In this document: positions 22,701-34,620 of the stretch, piece by piece
Numbering within the stretch: the stretch's first letter is position 1
Layout: the number at the start of each line of letters is the position of its first letter
Source of the DNA: Narcine bancroftii
Lineage: Eukaryota
Direction: 5' to 3'
Length of the DNA: 64,000 bases
Assembly: GCF_036971445.1 (NCBI RefSeq)
Contig: NC_091478.1
Location: forward strand, 9,052,001 to 9,116,000
Made by a program: the position numbers and the translations under genes
The notes under the pieces: model-generated
What the model was told of the DNA's origin: nothing
What the model saw: the letters and a program-made list of their open reading frames with translations, nothing else
Database searches by the model: none

Positions 22701-25089
22701 AAGGTTATGGGTGTGAGGTGGGGAAAATTAAGATTATTGTGGAGCATATTTCCATAACATTACATAATTTCTGTAAGCACAACATCATGGACTGAAGGGC
22801 TTGTACGTTCTACATTCATACGAATTTAGTGGCCATTCATGAAAATTTGTTCTGAATTCCTCTCCCTTACCACCCCATACACAAGAACCACAACAACACA
22901 ATAGTCTTCCCTTTGACCACTGTCCTCCGAAATGATTAGAAAGCCACTCAGGTGTATCAAAAGCAGGACAACGAGGTAGAATAGAAATAAAAGCCGATAG
23001 TCCCCGCAACAGCGATCCAGACACCCGACTCAGTCCTGCTGACCTTGTAATGTAAATCTTATTAATATTTCAAGACTAACAATTCTCAACGGGAGCCATT
23101 CTGTGGTGGGGGGGGGGGGAAGAAGTGGGGAACTGCACATTTAAGGGGGGGACACAGACTGAAATCATAAAACATTTTTTTTTAATATGTAGTTGGTAGG
23201 AGAGAAGTACAGAAGAAACCAACTAAAATGAATTGCTTCATAGACAAGGGGGGCCGCCATAAACTTTCAACAGAGTCCTAAGGGGTTCACAACCAAGGGA
23301 TGAGAATGGCTGTTCTAGACAAGTGCTGAAGATAGGAGAATTTCATAGACCAACTTGATGTAAAGAACCACATCTTTCAATTGATGCCCCATCAATTGGT
23401 TATCAACCATGACTGCACTGACAACCTAATTAAGCAGCTACTTAATCTACTCACTAATGTCCTGCGAGGACTACTTGATTTGAAATCTCATTACAGCTTA
23501 GGCGTAAACATAGTCAAAAGAGCTGTATTTTGCAGATCAGGTCATAGTGACGGACCAAGTATAAAATTAAGAGACCTTAAAATTACTGAAAATAAAAACA
23601 TATGAGGCTGGGAATAAACTGCGTTACTCAAAGGATGTAGTGGTTGTTATTGGAGTCCAATTATTTCAGTCCCACAACAGTGGTTAAACTCCAGTCAAAT
23701 ATCCAATCATCTTTAGCTGCTTCTTAAATGATATTTCTTTCATCCAAAAATAACAATATCTGCTGCGGAATGTGATTCTGAGGAAAATGAAGCAGTCCTT
23801 GCCCACAAATCGCACAACATTATCAGGCTGAGGTGAGAAGAACCAAATAATATTTATACCACACAAATGTCGACAATAACAATGTCCACAAGTTGAATCC
23901 AAATCACCTCTCCTGCATGGATGATGGAATTTCCCTTCACCATCCATCAGCAGCGGGAATATAGGGAGGGGTCAGCATCAACCTGTAATCAGATTAAGAG
24001 CAAAACAATCCTGCTGGAGCAACCGTGGAGGCAAAGTGACAATTGATAGTTCGGGTCAAGACTCGGAATCAGAGCTGCTTTGCTTTATCATGTTTAGCAT
24101 AGCACCATGTTGTTACAACACCAGCAATTGGGACTGGGGTCAAATCCCATGCTGTCTGTAAGGATTTTGTAAGTTCGCCCCATATCTGCATGGGTTTCCT
24201 CCGGGGGCTCTGTTTTCCTCCCATCTTTTAAAACATACAGGGGGTTGTAGTACCGGGGGTTGTTGGGTGTAATTGGGTGGCACGGGCTCGTAGGCTGAAA
24301 TGGCCTGCTATTGTGCTGTATGTCTAAATTTAAAATATTAAAGCATCTGGAGCCTTCCGTGCTTCTAATTATATAAATAGTACTTCCATGAGAACAGGTC
24401 AAAAGCTTGACATTCTGTGCCAAGTGAGTCATCTCCTTCCTCCCCACCCTTTTCACCATCTTTAGATTATATCAGTATTTTGACAATTCTCCACTTCTTG
24501 GATAAGTGCAATTGCAAAAAAGCTCAAAAGTAGCTTATCATGGTTCAGGGACAGCAACTAAATTAATTGGAAATCCATTAACCACCATAAAAACTCACTC
24601 CCACAAGATATCATGGACCTATCAATGATACACGGCAGTAATTCTCCAAAGCTATCTGGGATAAAGATACAATGAACAAGCAGAATAGAAACACCACCAT
24701 CCTGTACGTTCCTTGACACATTCTGACGTGGAAAATTATCAGAATCACGGAACTCACTGCTTAGTTAGGAATCCTTTCAAGTTAAAGACAGCAGATATTC
24801 CAGCAGGCAGCTCACTACAAACTTGTCAAGGCCACTTAGGGATATGATGTATGATGGTAACAAGTAGATGAAGAGAGCACTGGGTGGAGACAGTGAAGGT
24901 TGGGGATAACATGGGGTGGCTCAAGTTAATTAATACCGTAAAATTAGATCTATCAAGTAATCAGCAACTGGCTCAATTTCACACAAATGCAAAGTTCTTG
25001 ACATTGCATCAATAAAACGTACAACTTCTTGTGCATAAATGACTGTGCAGATTCAGAAATACACAGAGCATTATTGCAGCATTTTTAAT

Positions 25090-25725
25090 GGACATTGGAG
25101 CCAAGACACTAATGGCATTGTGAAGAAAGCATGTCAGCGCCTCGATTTCCTCAGGAATTTGTGGAGGTTAGGTATGACATAGGAAATCCCGTCAAATTTC
25201 TACAGATGGGTGCTGGAAAGTGTGCTGACCAGCTACATCACAGTCTGGTATGGGGACACCAATATCCCTGAACGTAAAGCCCTCCAAAAGGTAGTGGACA
25301 CAGCCCAGAACATCCCCACTATCGAGAACATCTACGGGGAACGCTGCTGTTGGGGAGCAGCAGCAGCAGCTCCACACCTCTGAGCACACACTCTGTTCTC
25401 GCTGCTTCCATCAGGAAAGAGGTCTAGGTGCCACAAGACTCGCACCACCAGGAACAGCTGCTACCCCTCCACCATCAGACTCCTCAACTACTAAATCAAT
25501 CAGGGACTCATTTAAGGACTCTTACACTTTATTGGTTTTTTTTTTAAATCATCTCCATATTGCACAGTTGTTTTAATTTGTTTATTTGTTTACAAGTGTA
25601 CATTGTGTACAGTTTTTTTTTGCACTACCAGTTAAGTGGTAATTTTCCCTGGCCCACAGGAAAAAGAATCTCAGGGTTTTATGCGATATCATGCATGTAC
25701 TTGGACAATAAATCTGAATCTGAAA
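25090..25725 (+). mobile_element. Rex1/Babar-like LINE 3' fragment
   Basis: Encodes KKACQRL..LRNL and ITVWYG motifs; (TCTGAA)n tail near 25712-25725. Confidence 0.75.
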
Positions 25726-27165
25726 TCTAAATTCCCAAAGTACTTTGCAATCAATGAATAATTTTAGTGAAGCCCTTTCCTTTTCTCTCCCCTACCTACT
25801 CCTTCACCTACACCCTGTCCGCTCGGTTACTGAGCATCCATTATTTGATTCCACTCTTTCCTTTTCTTTCTTATCAGTTTCCCACTCTGCAGCCCTCATT
25901 ATCTCCATTTATTGCCTCCCAACCTCTGTTGTTATTTCCATCTTTCACTCCTCCAACTGGATCTATCTGCCAAACACCCTTCCTCACCAGAATCCATCTC
26001 TTGCTTGTTCTGCCCCACAACTTTATATTGGCTATCTACCCTCTATTCCTACTGACCCATTTCTTTAGCTGAAACATTGACCATTTCCCCTCCCCCCCTC
26101 CAGAGAAGTTGCCTGATTCACTGAATTCCTCCAGCAATTTGTTTTCTGCTCCACTTAACTTACCCTTACCAGCTCCACCACAACACCCCCACCCCCAACT
26201 CATTTGAATAGGCCAGTTTTAAGTGAGGGAAACAAACAAATTTTCCAACAGGAGCACTAGGAAGCTTGAGGAAGATGGGATTGCCTAGGTGGACTCTATG
26301 AGGAGTCTATCAATGCAGTATAAGTAGCAGGTGCCAAGCCATGACACTGGGCATAAGATGACACTGCTGGTTTACACCCAAGGCCGCAATGGACATATAA
26401 AGAGAAGTGGTCCCACCATTAGCACTGGCAGCTAGTTCAAGGATTCTCAGTTGCAACATAGGAAACAACAACAAATTTCCTCAGAGCTCAGTTCCAGAAC
26501 TGTATTAAAAAATTATCAGATAATTCTTTATATGAACTTTGGTTGCAGAACGAATATTGTTCCTGACACTCCCAATTCTCCTGACCATTTTCCAAATTGT
26601 GCAATGAGATGCATTGATTTGAAAGGACAGATGTCAAACAAATAATGGCATTATTGTCAAAGCAACACTCCTGCAGGGAACGCTTGAATAGATTTTGTGC
26701 TGAAGCTCTTGGGTAGAGCATGAGCTACTGACTTTAACAATCAACGGAGCTACTGCTCTCAGTTATTGGAAGGGTGCAATGATTTATCTGAATTAAATAA
26801 TAAAGCCTTATTTTAATTCCAGCATTATAGAAAATTATTCAAAAAGGTAATAAATGTAAAACTACAACAAAAAGCTAGAAAAAATAAAGCTGCAGATGCT
26901 GGTAGCTGGAACAATCCTTCTTCCATCTGATGAAGGGTTCCTGACTGATTTCTATTTTCACAGGAGCTGCCGACTGGCTGGGTTCTTCCAGCATTTCTAT
27001 ATTTGTGACAAAAAAATTGTTCAAAACCATTCAAAACAGATGAACCATGTTTATGGGCAGAATTAAGAAGCAACTTCAATACTCACACATTTCAATGGTT
27101 CATCTTTGCTGTATAAAGTACAGAGTTTCTCCAGCGTTGTGTTTTTACTTCAATGCATATTAATT

Positions 27166-28153
27166 ACTCTTTGCAGACAATGCCGCTTTAGTTGCCCATT
27201 CAGAGCCAGCTCTTCAGCGCTTGACGTCCTGTTTTGCGGAAACTGACAAAATGTTTGGCCTGGAAGTCAGCTTGAAGAAAACTGAGGTCCTCCATCAGCC
27301 AGCTCCCCACCATGACTACCAGCCCCCCCACATCTCCATCGGGCACACAAAACTCAAAACGGTCAACCAGTTTACCTATCTCGCCTGCACCATTTCATCA
27401 GATGCAAGGATCGACAACGAGATAGACAACAGACTCGCCAAGGCAAATAGCTCCTTTGGAAGACTACACAAAAAAGTCTGGAAAAACAACCAACTGAAAA
27501 ACCTCACAAAGATAAGCGTATACAGAGCCATTGTCATACCCACACTCCTGTTCGGCTCCGAATCATGGGTCCTCTACCGGCATCACCTACGGCTCCTAGA
27601 ACGCTTCCACCAGCGTTGTCTCCACTCCATCCTCAACATTCATTGGAGCGACTTCATCCCTAACATCGAAGTACTCAAGATGGCAGAGGCCGACAGCATC
27701 GAATCAACACTGTTGAAGATCCAACTGCGCTGGGTAGGTCACGTCTCCAGAATGGAGGACCATCGCCTTCCCAAGATCGTGTTATATGGCGAGCTCTCCA
27801 TTGGCCATCGTGTCAGAGGTGCACCAAAGAAGAGGTACAAGGACTGCCTAAAGAAATCTCTTGGTGCCTGCCCCATTGACCACCGCCAGTGGGCTGATCT
27901 CGCCTCAAACCGTGCATCTTGGCGCCTCACAGTTCGGTGGGCAGCAACCTCCTTCGAAGATGACCGCAGAGCCCACCTCACTGACAAAAGACAAAGGAGG
28001 AAAAACCCAACACCCAACCCCAACCAACAAATTTTCCCCTGCAACCGTGTCTGCCTGTCCCGCATCGGACTTGTCAGCCACAAACGAGCCTACAGCTGAC
28101 GTGGACATTTACCCCTTCCATAAATCTTCGTCCGCGAAGCCAAGCCAAAGAAG
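27166..28153 (+). mobile_element. 5'-truncated RTE-clade LINE, same family
   Basis: Open 292-aa ORF 27221..28099 nearly identical to the copy at 1100-2128; exact 9-bp TSD ATATTAATT at 27157-27165 and 28154-28162. Confidence 0.93.
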
Positions 28154-29279
28154 ATATTAATTGCTGATGGTACTTTGAAGCGTTATTAGAATCACCATTT
28201 GGACCAATGCTCCATGATAAACAAACTGCATAAATTGTAGTTTTGTTTTAGTTATTAATATATTTAAATTATTCTATTTCCATTTTGCCAATACAAAGCA
28301 AAAGAAATAACAATGAATTTGAATTTCTGCACAATGTGTCACCCAAGGCTCTTCTTCCACAGATCGGACAGGGTTGGCACTGTTGTTACCACCTCTTTGG
28401 TAACTATAGTTAGCAGACTATTATAGCTATGATAAGACTTTCCAAACCTATACTCTGCTGGCACTTTATCAAAGGAAATATGATATTTGAATGAGGTTCC
28501 TGAATTGGATACAGGCTTGTTTACTCATCAAAAAAATTGTACGGTCCGTGATGTGTGTTGGTTGGGCCATTTACACATCCATCTCAAAAGTACATATCAG
28601 GAGGACTCAAAAACAGAACATACAGTGGTGAAAGGAATGTATTGCCTCCCACTTTACCCACCCTCCCCCAGAAGCACACGCTGCAGCAAAATCTTCCAAT
28701 CCCTCATGAAAATGGAATAAATGAATGGCATCCTTGAACCCATTGGCCTGTCTTGTGACTGGGAGCATAATGAATGAGGCAGGATCAGTGGAGGTGACGA
28801 ACGTTATAAAGCTATCAGATACGCCTGCAACATTTGCTACTCTGGAGCTACCTGTGAACAGTGTTAAATGAGGAACAAATGAGTCGTCAGGGCATTTTAA
28901 TTTAGATGCATTTAAACTACCATTTTGAAGTGTTACTAATATTGCTGCAGTGGGAACCGTTAACTAATCCCTTAGGGAGAAGGCTGATAGAGGGGATTTT
29001 TAGCAAAATGGTTTTTTTTATTTCAGCCAGGGCGAATTTCGTGCTTGGTTAATAGACTGAATATATTGTAGTTCACTAATAAGCTGCTAATGAGATGGAG
29101 ATGATGGTCTTCCCAAGAGGGCCAGCAGTACCTACAAAGTCTCCGCACGACCAATATTTGATCACTGTGCATCGAAACAAAAAGACAAGTCGTGTCGTTT
29201 AACATCTGCTAGTCACAGAACCGCAGACTCGACGTGCCCCGCTGGGCGAACAGACTTCTCTTGCCATGTTCACACTCAC

Positions 29280-29404
29280 CTTTTAACCGCTTCCACGGAA
29301 CCTAAAATGGGAACCCCTCCTCCTTCCCCGCTGTCATACAGCACCCCACTAATATCCAACAGCACTCCCCTCACTCCAGCCGCCGGCTCACACCATTCAG
29401 CCAT
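29280..29404 (-). CDS. LHPP: LHPP coding exon 1 (HAD-family phospholysine/phosphohistidine/inorganic pyrophosphate phosphatase)
   Basis: Manual minus-strand translation gives MAEWCEPAAGVRGVLLDISGVLYDSGEGGGVPILGSVEAVK(R), with HAD motif I (LLDISGVL). ATG at 29404 in a GTCATGG context; AG|GTGAGT donor at 29279; 125 nt, phase 2, joins exon 2 in frame. Too short to appear in the ORF track. Confidence 0.96.
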
Positions 29405-29700
29405 GACAGAAGCGAAACAGGCCGCACTCTGGGAGATGGAGTTTGTTTAGGAGCTGCCAGTTATTAAAGTAAGGAGAAAGGAACTACAGACACCAGTTCT
29501 CCGTGCGTTTACTCGTCGCACCAGAGCCCCAGTCACTAATTGGAGCACCACCAGGACTCCGCTGATTGTCCAATCGACATCCAAGCAGACGCCATGGCGT
29601 GTGCAAAAAAAGGAGCGAAAGTCAGAAGACACCGTCAGGCTAATGCACAAAAGTGCTGGAGCAATCAAGTCGCCAACGTTACCTGCTGAGCTTGTCCAGC
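29405..29700 (-). promoter_or_regulatory. LHPP 5'UTR/promoter region
   Basis: CpG-rich sequence directly upstream of the LHPP ATG, with CCAAT near 29570 and the 12-bp palindrome ACGCCATGGCGT at 29589-29600. Confidence 0.55.
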
Positions 29701-29751
29701 TCGTTCGTATAATATAACTGTTTTGCACGTCTCCAGAAGTCAGTGTATTTC

Positions 29752-30880
29752 ACACTATTAAAGAGGTGCTTTGAAATAACTTGTTCAATCGCCAATTCTG
29801 ACTCATGAGTTTTACACCATAGATTCTGTCTGCAAGAAGATAGAACCCTTGCAAGCAGCCATAGGCCGAGCACTTTGAAATTACTATCCTAAGCTTCTAA
29901 AAGAAAGTGTTCCTGGCAAAATGCATTTTAGCACACGTATCATTGGTGGGAATGAGGCATTTGAGGGCTCTGTTCGTAGCTGAAAAGTTGCTTGTTTTTT
30001 CTAGATAAAATTCATTCAAAATGAAGTGTGGAGGGATAACGCACTTTAATCCATAGTAATTGTTTCTGACAGGACATATATTTTCATTTCAGTCTTAAAC
30101 CGGGAACAATGCATGATCTGGTTATGTCTCAAGAATGCACAAACTTCAAGGATAAACTCGGAACATCGAGCAAAATCAAAAACTCATTGTCTGTTTATTC
30201 AGTATCGTCCCGATGACAAACGGGCAAAAGTGTAATATATCTGGAATATGTTACGATGAAGGAAGAGTGGGTTAACCACGTACTGAGAGTCCGTCATTTT
30301 TCCCCAGGGTGAGAGGGAAGTTTTAAAGGGGAATTGGCGAGGTTTTTTTTTCTTTCAACACGAGCTGCCTGGGGAAGTGAGGGAAACAGATCCAGCAGCG
30401 ACAACGAAGAGGCATTTCGACATCCACATGAACAGGCAGGAAATAGAAGGGGAGCGACCACATGCAGGCAGAAGTGCATTTCAGTGGGCATCAGGGTCGA
30501 CACAGAGATCATGGGCAGAAGGGCCTGTTCCTGTGCGGAAGATGTCCACTGAGAGGGGTACCAATCTTAACCTTTTGTCCATCAATACGTAATATGTCTT
30601 ATAATTTCTCAATGAATGAATTTTATCTAGAAAAAAACAAGCAACTTTTCAGCTATTAACGGAGCCCTCAAATGCCTCATTCCCACCAATGATACGTGTA
30701 CTAAAATGCATTTTGCCAGGAACACTTTCTTTTAGAAGCTTAGGATAGTAATTTCAAAGTGCTTTGCCTATTGCTGCTTGCAAGGGTTCTATCTTCTTGC
30801 AGATAGAATCTATGGTGTAAAACTCATTAGTAAGAATTGGCGATTGAACAAGTTATTTAAAAGCACCTCTTTAATAGTGT
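29752..30880. repeat. Long inverted repeat: arms 29752-30018 and 30613-30880, 594-bp spacer
   Basis: Hand alignment of the left arm with the reverse complement of the right arm gives about 11 substitutions and one 1-nt indel over ~267 bp. Confidence 0.95.
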
Positions 30881-33800
30881 AGTATCTCGGCTGTCTACTT
30901 TGATAGTGAACATTGTCTTGGACAGTCTTATCAGTAGAGGACACCCGCTGTGAATATTGATTCAGGCCTGTTTCAAGCCACCAGCTACCATCAGGACAGG
31001 TCAGGTCTGAATCCCACCTGGCGTCAAAGCAATTTAAAGACAGCACTCACATTGAATTCTAATCCTTTGCTATAGCAGAGATACTTACAGCTGCCAAAAG
31101 ACGGGCCTTTTCACCACAACTCTGCAGACAAACAATTTTTATGCTTTTAAATGCATCATTGCAGAACACTAATACCAATGTGGTCTAATTGCACAACAGA
31201 ATTGACAATGCACAGAGTGTAAGAAGGAACTTCATTAAAGAAACTGCATAAGGCTCACTACAGCCCCATTGCACCGGGACGAGACAATTATATTCGTCTG
31301 AAAAGGCAACTCGCTCTTGCTTCATTTTATCTCCAGAGAAGATACTCAATAATTATCAATCCCATCCAAGCAAATATTGGTTAATGTGCAGAATCGGTTA
31401 TTAATTGATTATGACGAGAAAATCCATCCAAAACTACAAATAAATAGCGTCGCTTTGTATACAATGCAGTTCTTTATGTATGTTATCTCCTTGGACAGCT
31501 TGCCAAAGTGACGATCGCTTGTCAAAATTAGATAACCATTTCACATATAACAGTTTATGGCATGGAAACAGGCCATCTCGGCCCTTCAAGTCTAAGTCGG
31601 GGAAAGGAGAACATTTAATGAAAGATCAATGAATGTGCCGCAAATAGAATGGTTGTCTGAATGCATGCAGTTCGCACGTGCATATGTAAAACCTCGAAAC
31701 AAACTTTTAAAAAGTTAAAGGATAACAGATATTTAATTATACAGCCATTCTCATTTGCTGAACGGATGTCGTTGGGTCTGGCATGTCGTTTATAAGAGCA
31801 GGCCACCACAACTTTAAATGCCCAAACACCATAGATGAACATCTTAGCACCAGACAAACAAATAAAGTAAAAGCAGTTAACCAAGTGTTTTGGGATAGAT
31901 TGGCGTACTGAATGTTAACCTGATAGCATTTTCTTAGGAGTTAACAAGGACTTTTTGAAAATTTGGCATACAGAAAATGCACATGGATATATGAAAAAGC
32001 TATGTTTTGGAGTAGGACAGGGCTTGCCAGGGCAGGATCGGCAAACTCCAGAGTATATATGTACAAAGTGAAGGGAGGGAAATTTAGGGGAATCATCAGG
32101 GGTAAGTTTTTTTACACATAGAGTTGTGGGTGCATGGAATGCCTTGCCGGGGATAGTGGTGGAGGCTGAAACATTGGAGGCATTTAAGAGATTCTTAGAC
32201 AGACACATGGATGAAAGAAAAATAGAGGGTTATGGGGAAGGAAAGGTTTAGTATTTTTTTTAGGAAGGAATGTATGGGCCGGCACAACATCGTGGGCCGA
32301 AGGGCCTGTACTGTTTTGTGATGTTCTATGGAACAACATCGCTGGATCGTTAGAGCATTGACTTCCATCTTTATTTTGAGTTCATTCACGTCGATACTGA
32401 ACTATCCTCGTTGTGCCATAAAGTTCCGAGTAAGTCATTTGTGAGACTGTTACATTATTTCACTTGCGATATTTTTATTGCTCTAAAACATCAAAAGTTT
32501 AAGCTTCTACATGCAAGAACACCAAGAGCCCAAATTCTCTTAAAAAGGTCCCCGAACTTGATTTGTTCCCAACATCTTCAAAGTGAGACATGACATCTCA
32601 AAATAAAGTTTCTATCTCCATCTTTCTGCTGTATTATGCTGTGGGTTATCATAATGTAGAGCGATATTTGTTATTAATCAGTTTAGTAGCGCTGCGATTA
32701 ATGAATCCTCTACTGAAGTGCATGAGTTAAAAAGGACAAAGTCTCAAATATCGATGACATTAACGTCATAGGAGTTCAGTTCCGATGTCGTTAACTTGAT
32801 GCAAAATCTACACAAATGAATGTTGATAATAGTATTCTAAAAAATGAACATTTAATCTGTGAGTCTGAAGTGCGTAAAAGGCTGAGTTTAAACTTTATTT
32901 ACAACGCCAGATGGGTGCTGAATGGTTATAACATTGGCATATGATATATCCTCTAGTTCTCTGCGTTTCTTTCGGTCTGGAAACGTATCATCAAATGCAA
33001 ATGATTTGACAAACATAATGTTTTTAAAAAGATCCAAGTAATTACAGCGGACAACAGGGTATAATTGAAGTACCGGATGGATGGTTAAAGTGCAATGCGA
33101 ATTTGTTCCGCTGATTTGCAAGACGTCCCAAATGGGCTGGGTAGAATAGATTGAGTACATTTCTACTCAATGTTTAAAACAGGTTATTTTAAGTAACCCC
33201 CTTTCATTTCAATAAAAACGAAAATGAGTATAAATAAATGAAAGCTTTAATGGTGAATTGGAAAATACGTTTTTCTAGTCAAACATAGTCTTTTATGTAC
33301 TGTTACAAAGATGAATGGATGCAAACATTGTGTCTTTAAGTGGCAGAAATTAATGCCCATCTGTATTGCGTCTGAGAGTTAATTCGTGCTCACTCATTTA
33401 CGAGCCTGTACACCATAGAATCTTAAAGGAAATCTACACGAACATGGGAGAAAAATACTTACGTCTCTACAGAAATAAAGTTACAAAGTATTTTTCAGAT
33501 TGTCCATAAACAAACAGCCAGGCATAAGGTTTTACAGGCGCATGTCCTTATTATCGTAATCCACACGTGAATTGTCACAAAATTAAATAAAATACGATGT
33601 TTGCAAATGCTTAATTGCAAGACTGTATGTAGCTAGGAAGAATTGATGCCCTTTACGAAATGAATTGAAACCTGCATGCCATCCTTGATGGAATTTTCAA
33701 ACTGACAGATATTTACTGTGATTATTGTGTGCGTGTTGTTTAAACAATTTTTTTGCAATCAACAAATATCAAGAATATTACTGGACTAAACCTGTGTTGA

Positions 33801-34382
33801 TGGATATCCACCACAATAACATTTTATGTTACATGCTTTCACCATTCCTCGTTTATTCGCAGCCGCAAATAAAACATACCATTGTTTTCCATCTATTGTA
33901 ATGTCAAAGAAAATCCTTTTGAAGTTTGCCTAAACTTTTATTGTAATCACGCGCACGGAACCTGTCCATGCATATCCAAAGGCCTCTATAATGTTAATAG
34001 GGGACATCTGCTTATGGGCTCTGTACCACGTGCGCCCTTACTCTTAGTCTCTGTCACGAACCCAGGCATTCAACAGACCTGCTTTCCACTCGGAGAGGAG
34101 TCCGAACGGCTTAAGTGCAGTCTCAGAGGTTACACCTTCTTCATGAGGAGGCCCTGCAATTTGCTGTTAATTGCAAACGGTCCAATATTAGGAGTGCTCG
34201 TCTATCGTTACTCATTCATGATCAAAACATTAGCTGGTAATTGTTGTGTCATGTGTCAACTGCGATTCTCTTAAACCTCTGAGATCCACACTCAATTCTG
34301 GTGTGCGCCAACCTGTGACCAAATCGCTCTCATCTGTCCACAAGTTCGACCTCTTGGGTAGTATCTGAAGTGGAAGAGGGCG

Positions 34383-34620
34383 ATGTTCGAGTATCCGGAC
34401 AGTGGGGAAGAGATGAGCCCCACTCACAAGATATCCTTCTCCATCATAGATATTCTCGACCCCCAAAAATTTACAGGTAAAAACCAGGCGCTTGGGCTGC
34501 GAGACAAAGCGCCAAGTGAAAGCAGTGATATGCCCTTACTGATTAGTGCAGAAGAGACTTTCCAGGAGACAGCACAGATAAGTGCTGAAAAGAACAGCAA
34601 TCAAATCGGCACCGATACGG
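34383..34620 (+). CDS. NKX1-2: NKX1-2 (NK1 homeobox, Sax1) exon 1
   Basis: MFEYPDSGEEMSPTHKISFSIIDILDP... contains the eh1/TN Groucho-binding motif FSIxDIL. G|GTGAGT donor at 34621; 238 nt, phase 1. Confidence 0.93.

Noticed and set aside
24095-24160. tRNA gene suggested by A/B-box-like motifs (also in other SINE heads)
   Set aside because: These are degenerate tRNA-derived SINE heads that continue into the V-domain; no complete cloverleaf.
27221-28099. 292-aa ORF as a domesticated host gene
   Set aside because: It is the 3' part of a 5'-truncated RTE with a TSD and two near-identical copies in the window; the frame starts at TTG and is open because the copy is young.
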